A DNA stretch of 64,000 bases, taken from Candidatus Peribacteraceae bacterium (GTDB lineage Bacteria; Patescibacteriota; Gracilibacteria; Peribacterales; Peribacteraceae). The notes beneath the pieces are model-generated. The model made no database searches and was not told the DNA's origin. It worked only from the letters and a program-made list of their open reading frames with translations. The DNA is taken from NCBI GenBank assembly GCA_028699155.1, contig JAQVVD010000002.1, positions 25,773-89,772 of the forward strand, given 5' to 3'. The position numbers and the translations under genes are program-made. Below, in pieces: positions 17,770 to 27,674 of the stretch (the first letter of the stretch is position 1; every line of letters starts with the position of its first letter).

Positions 17770-18378
17770 GTGCAATGCCTCTTCATCGACATCGCCAGCC
17801 ATAGCGGATTGATTGCCTGCGCGGATGCGCAATCAGTCGTTTCCAGTCAATCTTGTGATCATAAGATTCGTGATGGGGAACTGCTCACGACAATTCAGAA
17901 CGTGCTCACGGGGGCCAGCTGGCAGCATGAAGATCTCACTTCTCTCGCCTGCGTGATTGGCCCCGGCGGTTTCACAAGTTTACGCATGGCCGTAGCATGT
18001 ACGAACGTTCTTGCAGACCAGCTCCATCTGCCGTCTGCCGGTATTCATCTCAGTGATCTTCTGTGTGCACGCGTGAAGGAAGAGCATTTTCTCTGGCTCC
18101 ATTCTACCAAGCGAGCCGAGCTCTTCGTGCGCGGTTTCGGAGACTATGCTTCGCGCTGGCCTGATCCGACGCATATGATGCTTGGAGATGTTGCCCGAAA
18201 TGTTCCGCAGGGGGCGCCCTGGGTTGGCGAATTATTGCCGCAGCATGCAGATGTTCTGCGCGAGTGCGCGCTGAAGGTGCTGGTTCCCGAAGACCCCGTG
18301 CAGGTTCTCCCCGCCTTCCTGTCTGGCATATCTTACGGAACGAATCTCCTTCTCCCCTGGTATGGTCGCACACCGTAG
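17770..18378 (+). CDS. tsaB: tRNA t6A biosynthesis protein TsaB (YeaZ-like)
   Basis: LFIDIASHSGLIA..., VIGPGGFTSLRMAVACTNVLADQLHLP typical of TsaB. GTG start. Confidence 0.7.
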   Translation: MQCLFIDIASHSGLIACADAQSVVSSQSCDHKIRDGELLTTIQNVLTGASWQHEDLTSLACVIGPGGFTSLRMAVACTNVLADQLHLPSAGIHLSDLLCARVKEEHFLWLHSTKRAELFVRGFGDYASRWPDPTHMMLGDVARNVPQGAPWVGELLPQHADVLRECALKVLVPEDPVQVLPAFLSGISYGTNLLLPWYGRTP

Positions 18379-18931
18379 ATTCGCTCCCCTCGCATGCTCT
18401 GCGTGCGCGCTCTTCCTCATAGGATGTGCGGGTACCGGCGAGAATGCAGCACTGTTCCACCGCTTTCAGGAATCTGCTTATCTGCAGGACCTCTGGGCGG
18501 AAACCTGTTCCTTCCCTCTTACAGAAGAAAGTCTTGTCTTACTGGCTTCCATCAACTTCTCTGGGAATGCACCCCGCCTCGTTTGCGACTGGTCACTTGC
18601 ACCCGTAGGCGCCAGCGACAGCGGCATCACTCTCGCGGAGGGTGTGACGGATTTGGATGCCCGGTGGGTCGGGTGCGGCCGCGATGCTGCGTTCCCGAAC
18701 CTCGTGTGGGACGCTGTCCGGAATCCGGGTTCGAATGTGGTGCATCTCGGGGAAGGGCTTTCTTCCGGTAGCCAGAGCGCAGTTGTGCTCATTGCCAAGT
18801 GCCACTATTGGGATGACTACTACTGTACAATCAAGAGAGCAAATCCCAATTGCAGCTTTCCGCATGCAGCCCAGATTTTGAGTATGGCATACGCTGTGCT
18901 GGATGCCGAGACGGGAGAAATTCTCTGGTAA
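18362..18931 (+). CDS. hypothetical lipoprotein, 189 aa
   Basis: Lipobox ALFLIGCAG. Overlaps the tsaB end by 17 nt. Several Cys. Confidence 0.6.
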   Translation: MVAHRRFAPLACSACALFLIGCAGTGENAALFHRFQESAYLQDLWAETCSFPLTEESLVLLASINFSGNAPRLVCDWSLAPVGASDSGITLAEGVTDLDARWVGCGRDAAFPNLVWDAVRNPGSNVVHLGEGLSSGSQSAVVLIAKCHYWDDYYCTIKRANPNCSFPHAAQILSMAYAVLDAETGEILW

Positions 18932-18981
18932 ATTTCTGAGAAAATTACAGCCAGAATCGTTGGAGGACACCCTCTTCTGCT

Positions 18982-21702
18982 ATGCTCTCTGCAATGTCTT
19001 TTATTGATTCTCTCAATCGTTTACTCGGGGATCCGAATGAGAAAGAGCTCAAAAAGCTCTGGCCGCTCGTGCATCAGGTGCGGGCATACAGCCAGACAGC
19101 CGATGTCCAGAATCTCACGCTTGAGGATCTCCCAAAGAGAACAGAAACATTCAGGCAGCGCATTGCAGATGGCGCGACAGTCGACGATCTGCTTGTTGAG
19201 GCATTTGCAACCGTGTTGCAGGCCTGCAAGCTCATTCGCGGCAGGAAGATGGCGTTGGGTAAACAGGAATTCGTGTGGGATATGGAGCCATACGATGTGC
19301 AGGTGCTCGGCGGAATCGTTCTGCATCGTGGGGATATAGCTGAAATGAAGACCGGCGAGGGAAAGACGCTCGTTTGCACCATGCCCGTGTATCTCAATGC
19401 TCTCTCTGGAAAAGGAGTGCATGTGGTGACTGTCAATGATTACCTCGCGCGGCGCGATGCAACCTGGATGGGCATGCTCTACGAAGCGCTCGGCATTTCC
19501 GCAGGGACGATCCTTCACGAGAAGAACCACCGCGAACGGCAGGAAGCGTATGCCTGTGACGTAACATACGGCACGAACAACGAATTCGGGTTCGATTATC
19601 TGCGCGATAACATGGCGACCTCTCTGGATCGGCAGGTGCAGCGGAGTCTTCACTATGCCATTGTTGATGAGGTGGATAGTATTCTGATTGATGAGGCGCG
19701 TACTCCGCTCATCATCAGCCAGCCCGCCGAGGAGTCCACGCAGAAATACATGCAGTACACGCATTTGGTGAAGCAGTTGCAGGAGAATGTGCACTTTAAC
19801 CGCGACGAGAAGCAACGCGTTGCCACGCTGACGGAAGAAGGCATTAAAAAAATGGAGGAACTGCTCGGAATCGAGAATATCTACACGGACAAAGGATTCG
19901 AAGAAGTGCATCACATTGAGCAGGCGCTTCGGGCACACGCAATTTACCAGCACGATGTTGACTATGTCGTGAAGGACGGGGAAATCATCATCGTCGACGA
20001 GTTCACGGGGCGTCTTATGCCCGGCCGGCGCTATGGGCACGGTCTCCATCAGGCCATTGAGGCGAAGGAGGGCGTGGAGGTGCAGCGGGAGAGCAAAACG
20101 CTCGCGACCATCACATTCCAGAATTACTTCCGCCTGTACGGCAAGCTTGCAGGCATGACTGGGACGGCGAAGACGGAGGAAGAAGAATTCGAATCGATCT
20201 ATCACATGAGGACCATCATGATTCCGACCAACAGGCCGGTCGTCCGCGCCGACAGATCCGATGCCATCTATCGGACAATGGAAGCAAAATTCAAGGCAGT
20301 CGCTCACATTGCGAAGGAGAAACATGCAAAAGGGCAGCCTGTTCTCATTGGCACCACCTCGATCGAAAAGTCGGAGGCACTTGGTGCGCTCCTTACGAAC
20401 ATGAAGATTCCGCATCAGGTGCTCAATGCGAAATTCCACCAGAAAGAAGCGGAGATTATCGCACAGGCGGGGCAGCGAGGATCTGTCACTATCGCAACGA
20501 ACATGGCTGGCCGCGGAACAGATATTAAGTTAGGTGAGGATGTCGCCGGGCTTGGCGGCCTTGCCATCCTCGGCACCGAACGGCACGAAGCGCGCCGTAT
20601 CGACAATCAGTTGCGCGGACGAAGCGGTCGCCAGGGCGATCCGGGCGAGAGCCAGTTCTTCGTTTCCATGGAAGATGAAATTATGCGCCTGTTCGGCGGA
20701 GATCGACTGAAGGGGATGATGGAGCGCCTGCGTGTTCCGGATGATCAGCCGCTCGAGAACAACATCGTCTCGCGCAGCATTGAGAGCGCACAGAAGCGCG
20801 TCGAGGGTCGAAATTTTGACATTCGCCGCCATGTTGTCCAGTACGACGACATCATGAATACCCATAGGGGGATCATCTACAAGCGACGCCAGAATATTCT
20901 GGTGCGCCTTGCAGCTACCGGGAGTGATGCGGCAGAGACAGAACAGCCGCTCCATGAGGATGTGTTGGCTGCCATGCGCAAGGAAATCGAATCGCTCGTT
21001 GCGCTCCATGCCTCTTCCCATGATTCTGAACAGTGGAATGCGCGGGAAATCGTCGAAACCGTCTGTGCGTTGCACCCGGCCTTCGGAAGAGATGTCACCG
21101 TAGAGAAAATATCCTCCTTCCAGGATGCTGCAGAGCTTCAGGCATTCCTCATTGACTTGGTTATTTCCTTCTACGATGTGAAATGTTCCCAGGAAGAGCA
21201 GCAGGTCGTTGCGCAGGCGGAGCGCGCCGTCACGCTGCGGGCAATCGATACGCACTGGATGAATCACATTGATGACATGGCTCATCTGCGCGAACAGGTC
21301 GCGTTTTCCGGATACGCGCAGAGGGATCCGCTGATCGAGTACAAAGACCAGGGATTCCGGAGATTTCAGCAGCTGCTTGTGGCCATTGATTCTACGATTG
21401 TCCGCGCTCTCCTCCAGGCAGATTTCCGACAATTTGCTCCGCAGATTCTCTTGAGGCAGACAGATGAGGATCTGGAGGGTTTGCGAACGAATGAGGACGA
21501 GATTGCCGCAGAGTTCAGTGATACAGGCGTGGAACGAGAAGCACAACACATGCAAGACGGCGGGCAGAATCCGATTGTTGTCCGGGCGAACGGACATTCC
21601 CGCACATCGAAGGTACAGCCTGCGCATGTGCAGAAGGTCGGACGGAATGATTTTTGTCCCTGCGGGAGCGGGAAGAAATACAAGAAATGCCACGGGAAGT
21701 AA
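18982..21702 (+). CDS. secA: preprotein translocase ATPase SecA
   Basis: Full-length SecA (MKTGEGKTLV Walker A, DEVDSILIDEARTPLIIS, TNMAGRGTDIKLG). C-terminal zinc finger CPCGSGKKYKKCHG. Confidence 0.95.
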   Translation: MLSAMSFIDSLNRLLGDPNEKELKKLWPLVHQVRAYSQTADVQNLTLEDLPKRTETFRQRIADGATVDDLLVEAFATVLQACKLIRGRKMALGKQEFVWDMEPYDVQVLGGIVLHRGDIAEMKTGEGKTLVCTMPVYLNALSGKGVHVVTVNDYLARRDATWMGMLYEALGISAGTILHEKNHRERQEAYACDVTYGTNNEFGFDYLRDNMATSLDRQVQRSLHYAIVDEVDSILIDEARTPLIISQPAEESTQKYMQYTHLVKQLQENVHFNRDEKQRVATLTEEGIKKMEELLGIENIYTDKGFEEVHHIEQALRAHAIYQHDVDYVVKDGEIIIVDEFTGRLMPGRRYGHGLHQAIEAKEGVEVQRESKTLATITFQNYFRLYGKLAGMTGTAKTEEEEFESIYHMRTIMIPTNRPVVRADRSDAIYRTMEAKFKAVAHIAKEKHAKGQPVLIGTTSIEKSEALGALLTNMKIPHQVLNAKFHQKEAEIIAQAGQRGSVTIATNMAGRGTDIKLGEDVAGLGGLAILGTERHEARRIDNQLRGRSGRQGDPGESQFFVSMEDEIMRLFGGDRLKGMMERLRVPDDQPLENNIVSRSIESAQKRVEGRNFDIRRHVVQYDDIMNTHRGIIYKRRQNILVRLAATGSDAAETEQPLHEDVLAAMRKEIESLVALHASSHDSEQWNAREIVETVCALHPAFGRDVTVEKISSFQDAAELQAFLIDLVISFYDVKCSQEEQQVVAQAERAVTLRAIDTHWMNHIDDMAHLREQVAFSGYAQRDPLIEYKDQGFRRFQQLLVAIDSTIVRALLQADFRQFAPQILLRQTDEDLEGLRTNEDEIAAEFSDTGVEREAQHMQDGGQNPIVVRANGHSRTSKVQPAHVQKVGRNDFCPCGSGKKYKKCHGK

Positions 21703-21763
21703 TCTCTCAGCCGGGAGGGCAAACGGTTTTACCTTTTCGCATTTCGTTCTAAAATTCCTCCCC

Positions 21764-22732
21764 ATGCCCAAGCCGCAGCACATTGTCGGCCACGCATCGA
21801 TTCTGTCTGAGCTGGTGCGCGACCTGCAGATAGGCAATGTCTCACATGCGTATCTTCTCTCCGGCGTTCGGCACCTCGGAAAAATGTCCATTGCACGCTG
21901 GTTTGCGAAAGAGCTTCTCTGTGCGGATCTCCCCGAAGATGAGCGGGAACAGGCGGAAAAACGCATTGAGAAACTCACGCATCCGGATCTTCTCATTCTC
22001 GATCAGTTGTGGATAGAGGGGGTTTGCGATGACTGGAAGGTGATAGCACGCACATCCAATATTTCCCAAGATCATCGGGCCAAGAAGCCGGCTGCGAAGA
22101 CGGACGTGATTAGCATTGATGATATCCGCACTCTGCAGGATCGTTTGTATGAAACAGCCATAGGTCGTTACAAGTGTTGCATTATACGCTCCGTGGAGCG
22201 CATGAAAGCAGAAGCTGCAAACGCATTCCTAAAAATTCTAGAAGAGCCGCCGCCGGGACTGGTGTTCCTGCTAACGACGCAGTCGCTCTCCACACTGCTT
22301 CCCACCGTTGTTTCCCGCGCTCGCATACTACGATTCCGCCGTTTGCCGCACCGGGATTTGTTGCCGCTCCTTGAAGGCGTATCCGATGACGACAGGCAAT
22401 TCATCCTGCGCATTGCGCAGGGCGCTCCCGGCATTGTCCGTACATTCCGGGATGACCCCGAGTCACTTCTGTTGCGTCGCCAGGTGCATGCGAAAGCGAT
22501 TTCCTTCTGGCGCACACCGTCTCTGCGGGGGCGCATGCTTCTTCTGCAGCCGTTGCAGAAACGCGGGGACGAAGCGGATCTTTTTCTCCTGCATCTGGCG
22601 CTTGCCCTACGCGAACAAGCCGTTGCGACAGGTCGTGTGGCAGCATTCCATCGGCTTGCCAGCGGTCTTGCCACAAATGCGCATCGCGGCTTGTTGCTCC
22701 AGCAGTTCGCTTTGACCGTTGATACCAAATAA
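21764..22732 (+). CDS. holB: DNA polymerase III delta-prime subunit
   Basis: Track ORF 21464.. trimmed to ATG 21764 (MPKPQHIVGHASI...). The upstream extension overlaps secA. Motifs SHAYLLSGVRHLGK, ANAFLKILEEPP, SRARILRF. Confidence 0.8.
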   Translation: MPKPQHIVGHASILSELVRDLQIGNVSHAYLLSGVRHLGKMSIARWFAKELLCADLPEDEREQAEKRIEKLTHPDLLILDQLWIEGVCDDWKVIARTSNISQDHRAKKPAAKTDVISIDDIRTLQDRLYETAIGRYKCCIIRSVERMKAEAANAFLKILEEPPPGLVFLLTTQSLSTLLPTVVSRARILRFRRLPHRDLLPLLEGVSDDDRQFILRIAQGAPGIVRTFRDDPESLLLRRQVHAKAISFWRTPSLRGRMLLLQPLQKRGDEADLFLLHLALALREQAVATGRVAAFHRLASGLATNAHRGLLLQQFALTVDTK

Positions 22733-22794
22733 CGCAGAAATTCACGCCTTTCGCTTGATTCTTTCCCTCAAGGAATGATAGCTTTCCTTGTCCT

Positions 22795-23559
22795 TTGGTG
22801 TACGTATTTGTCCTTCTCGGGTCACTTTTCGGAATGTGCGCTCTCCTTGGCGTGCGTTTCGTCCTCCGGCATCGCGCCGTACGCAAGTTCGTACGCAGCG
22901 TCAAAGCTCGTACAGACTATGCGGCGGAGCGCGGATTCCATGCAGTTGAGGAAACGCGCATCCAGCGCCCCAGGAGAACCCCACGCATTACGTCGCGAGA
23001 ATTGCAGGAGGTGAGGGCTCTGGTCAAACGGGCTGAGCTCGCGTTCGCACGCGAGAAATACGAAGAAGTGGAACGTCTGTACATACAGGCGCTCACCATT
23101 GACCCGGATGCTCAGGGGGTGCAAGCCGAACTCGCGAAGCTCTACCTCACCACGGGTCGCGCACCAAAAGCGGCTGCGCTCTACAGAGAATTACTGGAGA
23201 CATCAGACGATGTTTCCTACTGGAGCAACCTGGGGCTCGCTTACTATCGCCAGGGGCAGTATGAACGCGCCTGTCGCGCATACCAGGAGGCACTCAATCG
23301 CGATGCGGCCAATCCAGAACGTGCCTACGCGCTAGGGCGTGCCTGCATCGCAGCGGCGCGTTTTGAGGAAGCGGCTCCTCTCCTGGAGAAAGCTGGCGCG
23401 CGCCTTGCAAGGGATACAGAGCTCCTCCACATGCTTGCCGAGTGCTACATGCAAATTGGCTGCACGGAGAGCGCGGGAGAAACGTACAGGCGCATCAATA
23501 AATTGCAGCCATACGATGAGCAGGTCAAAGCGAAACTCGCGGCATTGGCAAGCGCCTAG
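22795..23559 (+). CDS. membrane-anchored TPR-repeat protein
   Basis: N-terminal helix MVYVFVLLGSLFGMCALLGV, followed by TPR-like repeats (YIQALTIDPD, WSNLGLAYYRQGQYERACRAYQEAL). Confidence 0.7.
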   Translation: MVYVFVLLGSLFGMCALLGVRFVLRHRAVRKFVRSVKARTDYAAERGFHAVEETRIQRPRRTPRITSRELQEVRALVKRAELAFAREKYEEVERLYIQALTIDPDAQGVQAELAKLYLTTGRAPKAAALYRELLETSDDVSYWSNLGLAYYRQGQYERACRAYQEALNRDAANPERAYALGRACIAAARFEEAAPLLEKAGARLARDTELLHMLAECYMQIGCTESAGETYRRINKLQPYDEQVKAKLAALASA

Positions 23560-23843
23560 ATATCTATCACATCAACTTCCACGTCGCCATTCTGCAGCTT
23601 TGCCTGGCAACCGAGGCGTTCCTGCGCATCTGAGATGCCCATGTTTTCCTCCCTTTCCGTCCTTGCAGACAGATGGTCGTTGCCCTTCTTTATTTTACAT
23701 AAACATGTCGTACAGAAGCCGTTCCCTCCACAGGCGTGTTCGATCGGGATCCCGTTATCAATTCCGATTTGCAGGAGTGTTTCACCCTGCTTTCCCTCCA
23801 CTGTTTTCGTTTGGCCTCCGTACGTAAATGTAACCTTCGGCAT
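23556..23843 (-). CDS. 2Fe-2S ferredoxin
   Basis: CGGNGFCTTCLC plus a distal GCQ cysteine. Start set at MPKVTFTYGG (the track start at 23861 is also possible). Divergent from sufC. Confidence 0.75.
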   Translation of the reverse strand: MPKVTFTYGGQTKTVEGKQGETLLQIGIDNGIPIEHACGGNGFCTTCLCKIKKGNDHLSARTEREENMGISDAQERLGCQAKLQNGDVEVDVIDI

Positions 23844-23949
23844 GGGTGCAGTATTGAACACATGCGTTCCCCAGGCAAGTTCTGTCGTGCGGGAATGCCT
23901 GAATTTGCTTCCACTTCACCGCTCCCCGCTCAATACTACTGTTACCCAC

Positions 23950-24717
23950 ATGGCTTCCATTCTTTCCATCAGGGATCTCACCGTATCTGTCGCAGATAGG
24001 CCTGTCGTTACGGGTTTGTCTCTGCGCATAGAACAAGGGGAAATCCATGCGATTATGGGACCGAACGGGTCCGGCAAATCCACGCTCGCACACGCCCTTA
24101 TGGGGCATCCTTCCTACCAGATTACCGGCGGGTCTGTTCGATTCCAGGGGAAGGATCTCCTTCGCCTCAAGCCGCATGAACGTGCGCGAGCCGGGCTTTT
24201 CCTCGCATTCCAGTATCCGCGCGAGCTCTCCGGCGTGAGCCTCCGGAATTTTCTCTTCACCGCTTTCAATGCGCAGATGGCAGCTCGCGCCCCGGAGCGC
24301 AAACAAGTGTCTCCCATTAAATTCAAGCAGCTGCTGGAGGAAAAAATGAAGCAGCTCTCTCTGCGTTCCGCCTTTGCCGAACGATCGCTGAATCAGGGGT
24401 TTAGCGGCGGCGAGAAGAAGAAGGCGGAAATTCTGCAGCTCCTCATGCTGCAACCGGCGCTCGCGTTGCTCGATGAAACAGACAGCGGTCTGGATATCGA
24501 CGCTCTCAGAATCGTTGCAGAGGGTGTTCGTTCGCTGCGCGGTCCGGAGTTCACGTGTCTCCTCGTGACCCACTATGCGAGACTGTTGCAGTACATTATC
24601 CCGGATAAAGTCCATGTGATGGTGCACGGATCCATTGTGGAGAGCGGCGGCCCGGAATTGGCGTATCGCCTGGAACAAGAGGGATATATGCGTTATGGAG
24701 TACAGGAAGCATCGTAA
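23950..24717 (+). CDS. sufC: Fe-S cluster assembly ATPase SufC
   Basis: Track ORF 23635.. trimmed to ATG 23950 (MASILSIRDLTV). GPNGSGKSTL, FSGGEKKKAEILQL, LLDETDSGLD. Confidence 0.9.
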   Translation: MASILSIRDLTVSVADRPVVTGLSLRIEQGEIHAIMGPNGSGKSTLAHALMGHPSYQITGGSVRFQGKDLLRLKPHERARAGLFLAFQYPRELSGVSLRNFLFTAFNAQMAARAPERKQVSPIKFKQLLEEKMKQLSLRSAFAERSLNQGFSGGEKKKAEILQLLMLQPALALLDETDSGLDIDALRIVAEGVRSLRGPEFTCLLVTHYARLLQYIIPDKVHVMVHGSIVESGGPELAYRLEQEGYMRYGVQEAS

Positions 24718-24781
24718 CGAGCACCTCCGCTTTTCCCATGGCTTCTTTTGGCATATACTCTGAGCTCTTTCCCCATTTTCT

Positions 24782-25519
24782 ATGGTATCTCCCACGAAGA
24801 CTTCTACAGCGGCTCTCCTCCTTGCCATTCTCCTTGCAGGAGGCATGTTCGTACTTGGGAAGTACGTTGAACGGCAGGACTTCTCACCTGTTACCATCTC
24901 TGTCCAGGGGCGCGGTGAAGTGACCGCGGTGCCAGATATCGCCGAACTTACATTCGGCGCGGATACGTTGCGGCAAGCCACAGCGGAACAAGCCATGAGT
25001 GTTCTCTCCACGAAGATGAATGCGGTTATGGATGCCGTGAAACAGCAGGGGATTGAGGAGAAAGACATTACAACCCAGAATCTCTCGTTACAGCCTTCCT
25101 ATGATTGGGCAGACGGCAAGCGCATCGATCGCGGATTTGAGGCGAACCAGAGCCTGCGCGTGAAAATTCGAGACCTTACGAAGATCGGTCAGGTACTGAC
25201 TGCTGCAACAAGCGCTGGCGCTAACCAGGCAGGAGGCGTCAGTTTCACCATCGACGATCCGGAGAATCTTCAGGTTGGCGCGAGAGAGAAGGCCATTGCC
25301 AATGCCGAGGAGAAAGCGCGCGCTCTTGCTCTCCAACTCGGGAAACAACTGGGAAAGCTAAAAGGATTCTCTGAGGGGGGCAGCGGAGTGCCCGTGCCCA
25401 TGCCGTCCTATGCTATGGATCAGGCGTTGATGAGAGGAGGCGCCGTAGAATCCATCGCAGTTCCCTCCGGTGAGCAGGAGGTCGTCGTAACGGTGATGAT
25501 GACCTACGAACTTCGGTAG
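24782..25519 (+). CDS. SIMPL/DUF541-like membrane-anchored protein
   Basis: N-terminal TM helix, then ISVQGRGEVTAVPDIAELTFG... and C-terminal SGEQEVVVTVMMTYEL, a pattern typical of SIMPL-domain proteins (from memory). Confidence 0.6.
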   Translation: MVSPTKTSTAALLLAILLAGGMFVLGKYVERQDFSPVTISVQGRGEVTAVPDIAELTFGADTLRQATAEQAMSVLSTKMNAVMDAVKQQGIEEKDITTQNLSLQPSYDWADGKRIDRGFEANQSLRVKIRDLTKIGQVLTAATSAGANQAGGVSFTIDDPENLQVGAREKAIANAEEKARALALQLGKQLGKLKGFSEGGSGVPVPMPSYAMDQALMRGGAVESIAVPSGEQEVVVTVMMTYELR

Positions 25520-25520
25520 G

Positions 25521-25880
25521 TCATTCTCCCGCCTGGCGTATTACATCGGGGTTCAAACCAGCCGCTTCTACCAGCGTGCGCAGCCGCTCAAGCAGTTTCA
25601 CTCGTATGTGCGTGAGCTGCAGAACCTTCTCCTCGTCTTTGCGCTGCAGCAAATCAGATGTTAATCGATGCAATTCAAGGATTCTTTTACTCATTTCGGC
25701 AGCTGTGGCTACAGTCAGAGGCTCCGTATCCTGCAGTATTGCAATTCGCGCAAGCGCTGCTCGAATGCCTCTGGCTGTGACATACGCCGCTTCCCGTACG
25801 TGTTTTCTGGTGCAGAGGTGCGACCAGTGCCATTGCGCTGTCAAATTTTCCGGCACATCGTTCGTGTTTTGCTTTCTCAT
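25521..25880 (-). CDS. hypothetical protein, 119 aa, helical
   Basis: ORF whose start overlaps the upstream stop by 4 nt (25877-25880). No family recognised. Confidence 0.5.
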   Translation of the reverse strand: MRKQNTNDVPENLTAQWHWSHLCTRKHVREAAYVTARGIRAALARIAILQDTEPLTVATAAEMSKRILELHRLTSDLLQRKDEEKVLQLTHIRVKLLERLRTLVEAAGLNPDVIRQAGE

Positions 25881-26326
25881 GAGAGGAGTTTCGCAAGTTC
25901 CTTATGGGCGATAGTGACAAGAGAGCCTGTGACGACCAGCAGCAGCCCCAGAACGATGGGGAGATCAATGCGTTCACCAAGCTTCAATGCATTGAATACA
26001 ACCGCTGCGACGGGCGCTGTCGCAATCCAGAGTGAAATTACAATGAGGAAACTATGGAATCCGTCGTTTCCGTACTGAAAACCCATTCCGTAGAGCAAGT
26101 TGATAAGGATAGGTATCCAGATGAATTTGAGTTGTATCACCAGGAGACTGATGAGAGGCGATTCGTACTGGAAGCCAAACAAGCTTCCTCTTGGCGGGAC
26201 AGTGCCCATGTAGTAGCCGTACCATGTGATGAGGAGTTGTGCGGCGAAGAAAGCGGTGACGGTCAGGAGTTTTGTCATCATGCAGGCAGTATCCCACGGC
26301 TCTGTCGTTTGAGAAAGTTGCAACAT
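25877..26326 (-). CDS. small multi-pass membrane protein (SMR/EamA-like?)
   Basis: Four hydrophobic helices. The real start may be the internal MMTKLL (about 26281). Confidence 0.5.
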   Translation of the reverse strand: MLQLSQTTEPWDTACMMTKLLTVTAFFAAQLLITWYGYYMGTVPPRGSLFGFQYESPLISLLVIQLKFIWIPILINLLYGMGFQYGNDGFHSFLIVISLWIATAPVAAVVFNALKLGERIDLPIVLGLLLVVTGSLVTIAHKELAKLLS

Positions 26327-27041
26327 GCGTGGGCTGCTCTACTATTGGCACATGTTTCGCAAGATATTTGCCATTGCCGCCCTTCTCCTGATGGTTTCGG
26401 CGGCAGCTGTGGCTATGACATACCGTTATCTGGACCAGAGGTATCAGTTGCTCCTTACCGCACATCAGGATGACTTTGAGCTGCGAATGGCAACTTTGGA
26501 TAGCGAGCTCCAATCTTGTTTAGACAATGGCACAGGTATGGGGAGCGGACAATTGCTCTCTGATACCTGCCCTCCATTCAATGCTGATGAGCCGGATGCG
26601 GCAGTAGAATACCGCGACGAATCGCATGGTATCGCTGTACAGCTCCCTTACAATGCCCACTGGGGTTTCGGCGCGTCTGTTTCGGAGGGGTACCAGGAGC
26701 TTTCCGGCATTGACGGGATCCTCTTCGGGCGACCTACAGTCGTGGATCAGTGCAGGTGGGCCCGCACAGGGCAACTGACATTTCTTCCTGCACGATCTGC
26801 CGAAGCAATAGCGGAAGATGTAGCCACGCGTCTGGGTTTTTCTGATGGGGAGGCGCCTTCTGATGTATTTGTCACGCAAATCCCATTGGAGGGTCATATG
26901 TACTATTCCTATGAATTACCGGGGTTCTGCCTCATGAAGAACTTCGAACTGATCGGCGAGCGTTATAATTACATATTCTCCTCCTGCGCGGAGTATTCAG
27001 AAGATCTGCTCGCGGCGCTTGTATCAGTCGAGCTGCTCTAG
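26325..27041 (+). CDS. hypothetical membrane-anchored protein, 238 aa
   Basis: N-terminal helix FRKIFAIAALLLMVSAAAVAM. No family recognised. Confidence 0.55.
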   Translation: MRGLLYYWHMFRKIFAIAALLLMVSAAAVAMTYRYLDQRYQLLLTAHQDDFELRMATLDSELQSCLDNGTGMGSGQLLSDTCPPFNADEPDAAVEYRDESHGIAVQLPYNAHWGFGASVSEGYQELSGIDGILFGRPTVVDQCRWARTGQLTFLPARSAEAIAEDVATRLGFSDGEAPSDVFVTQIPLEGHMYYSYELPGFCLMKNFELIGERYNYIFSSCAEYSEDLLAALVSVELL

Positions 27042-27542
27042 CTATCGCACGTAACGTTTCTGCGCTGCCAAATCGCAGACTACGTCACGAACAACCTCGT
27101 GGAAAGATTTTGCGTGTATCGCCTTCCGTATGGTGTACGCAAGCCAGCCGGTTGCCATGAATCCTGAGACAATAAACATGGCGCGCCATTCCGCCGGCGC
27201 GAGCCCAAGCGCGCTTCTGAAATCTGCCGTGATGAGTGAAATCAGAATCGTCAATACCGTTGAAAGCGGTGCAATCCATTCTCTCTTCCCCAGTTTTGCG
27301 AGATTTCTCTTGAGGCACAGGAGGGTTTTGTCTTGTGTGACGACGATAATTTTCTGGTCGGTATTCTTGTTGATTTTTACAACGCGCGCTTCCAGATCAC
27401 CCGTGAGCGTATTCAAAAATGATGCTTGTGCGATTGTTTCCTCTGCATAGAGGGGGTCATCTTCCAGTTCTACTTCCAGTAATTCGCGATGGTTTGCATC
27501 CGGTTCGGACAGGATACGATGTATGTTGTTGGTCAACTGCAT
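27042..27542 (-). CDS. hypothetical protein with two C-terminal TM helices, 166 aa
   Basis: Soluble acidic N-terminal half, then WIAPLSTVLTILISLI and AMFIVSGFMATGWLAYTI. Its stop abuts the stop of the convergent gene (TAGCTA at 27039-27044). Confidence 0.5.
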   Translation of the reverse strand: MQLTNNIHRILSEPDANHRELLEVELEDDPLYAEETIAQASFLNTLTGDLEARVVKINKNTDQKIIVVTQDKTLLCLKRNLAKLGKREWIAPLSTVLTILISLITADFRSALGLAPAEWRAMFIVSGFMATGWLAYTIRKAIHAKSFHEVVRDVVCDLAAQKRYVR

Positions 27543-27674
27543 GGCAGAAGAGGGAAGTGGGTAAGGTTGGAAGTTGAGATATGCGAAAGTGGTGTACCGT
27601 ATCTTCCTTCGCAGGAAGTGTCAAACTGTGGTGATCTACAATTTTGAGCAGCAGGTCAAAATTATTACGTTTCC

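Noticed and set aside
19021-21996. Two very long minus-strand ORFs (472 and 488 aa) antisense to secA.
   Set aside because: Both are codon-aligned with the secA frame (codon starts share the same coordinate modulo 3). In that frame, stops arise only from sense TTA, CTA or TCA codons, which this gene evidently avoids. The translations are Arg/Ser/Leu/His-rich, with no motifs, no signal peptide and no coupling. secA on the plus strand is unmistakable.
23782-25068. A 428-aa ORF antisense to sufC. Similar antisense ORFs occur at 27636-28433 (sufB), 41271-42047 (ABC), 43318-44370 (cytidylyltransferase), 45276-46013 (NeuB-like), and 35769-36329 and 36600-37238.
   Set aside because: Those checked (23782-25068, 43318-44370) are in the same codon-aligned antisense frame and carry low-information sequence. 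The sense-strand genes have clear family motifs.
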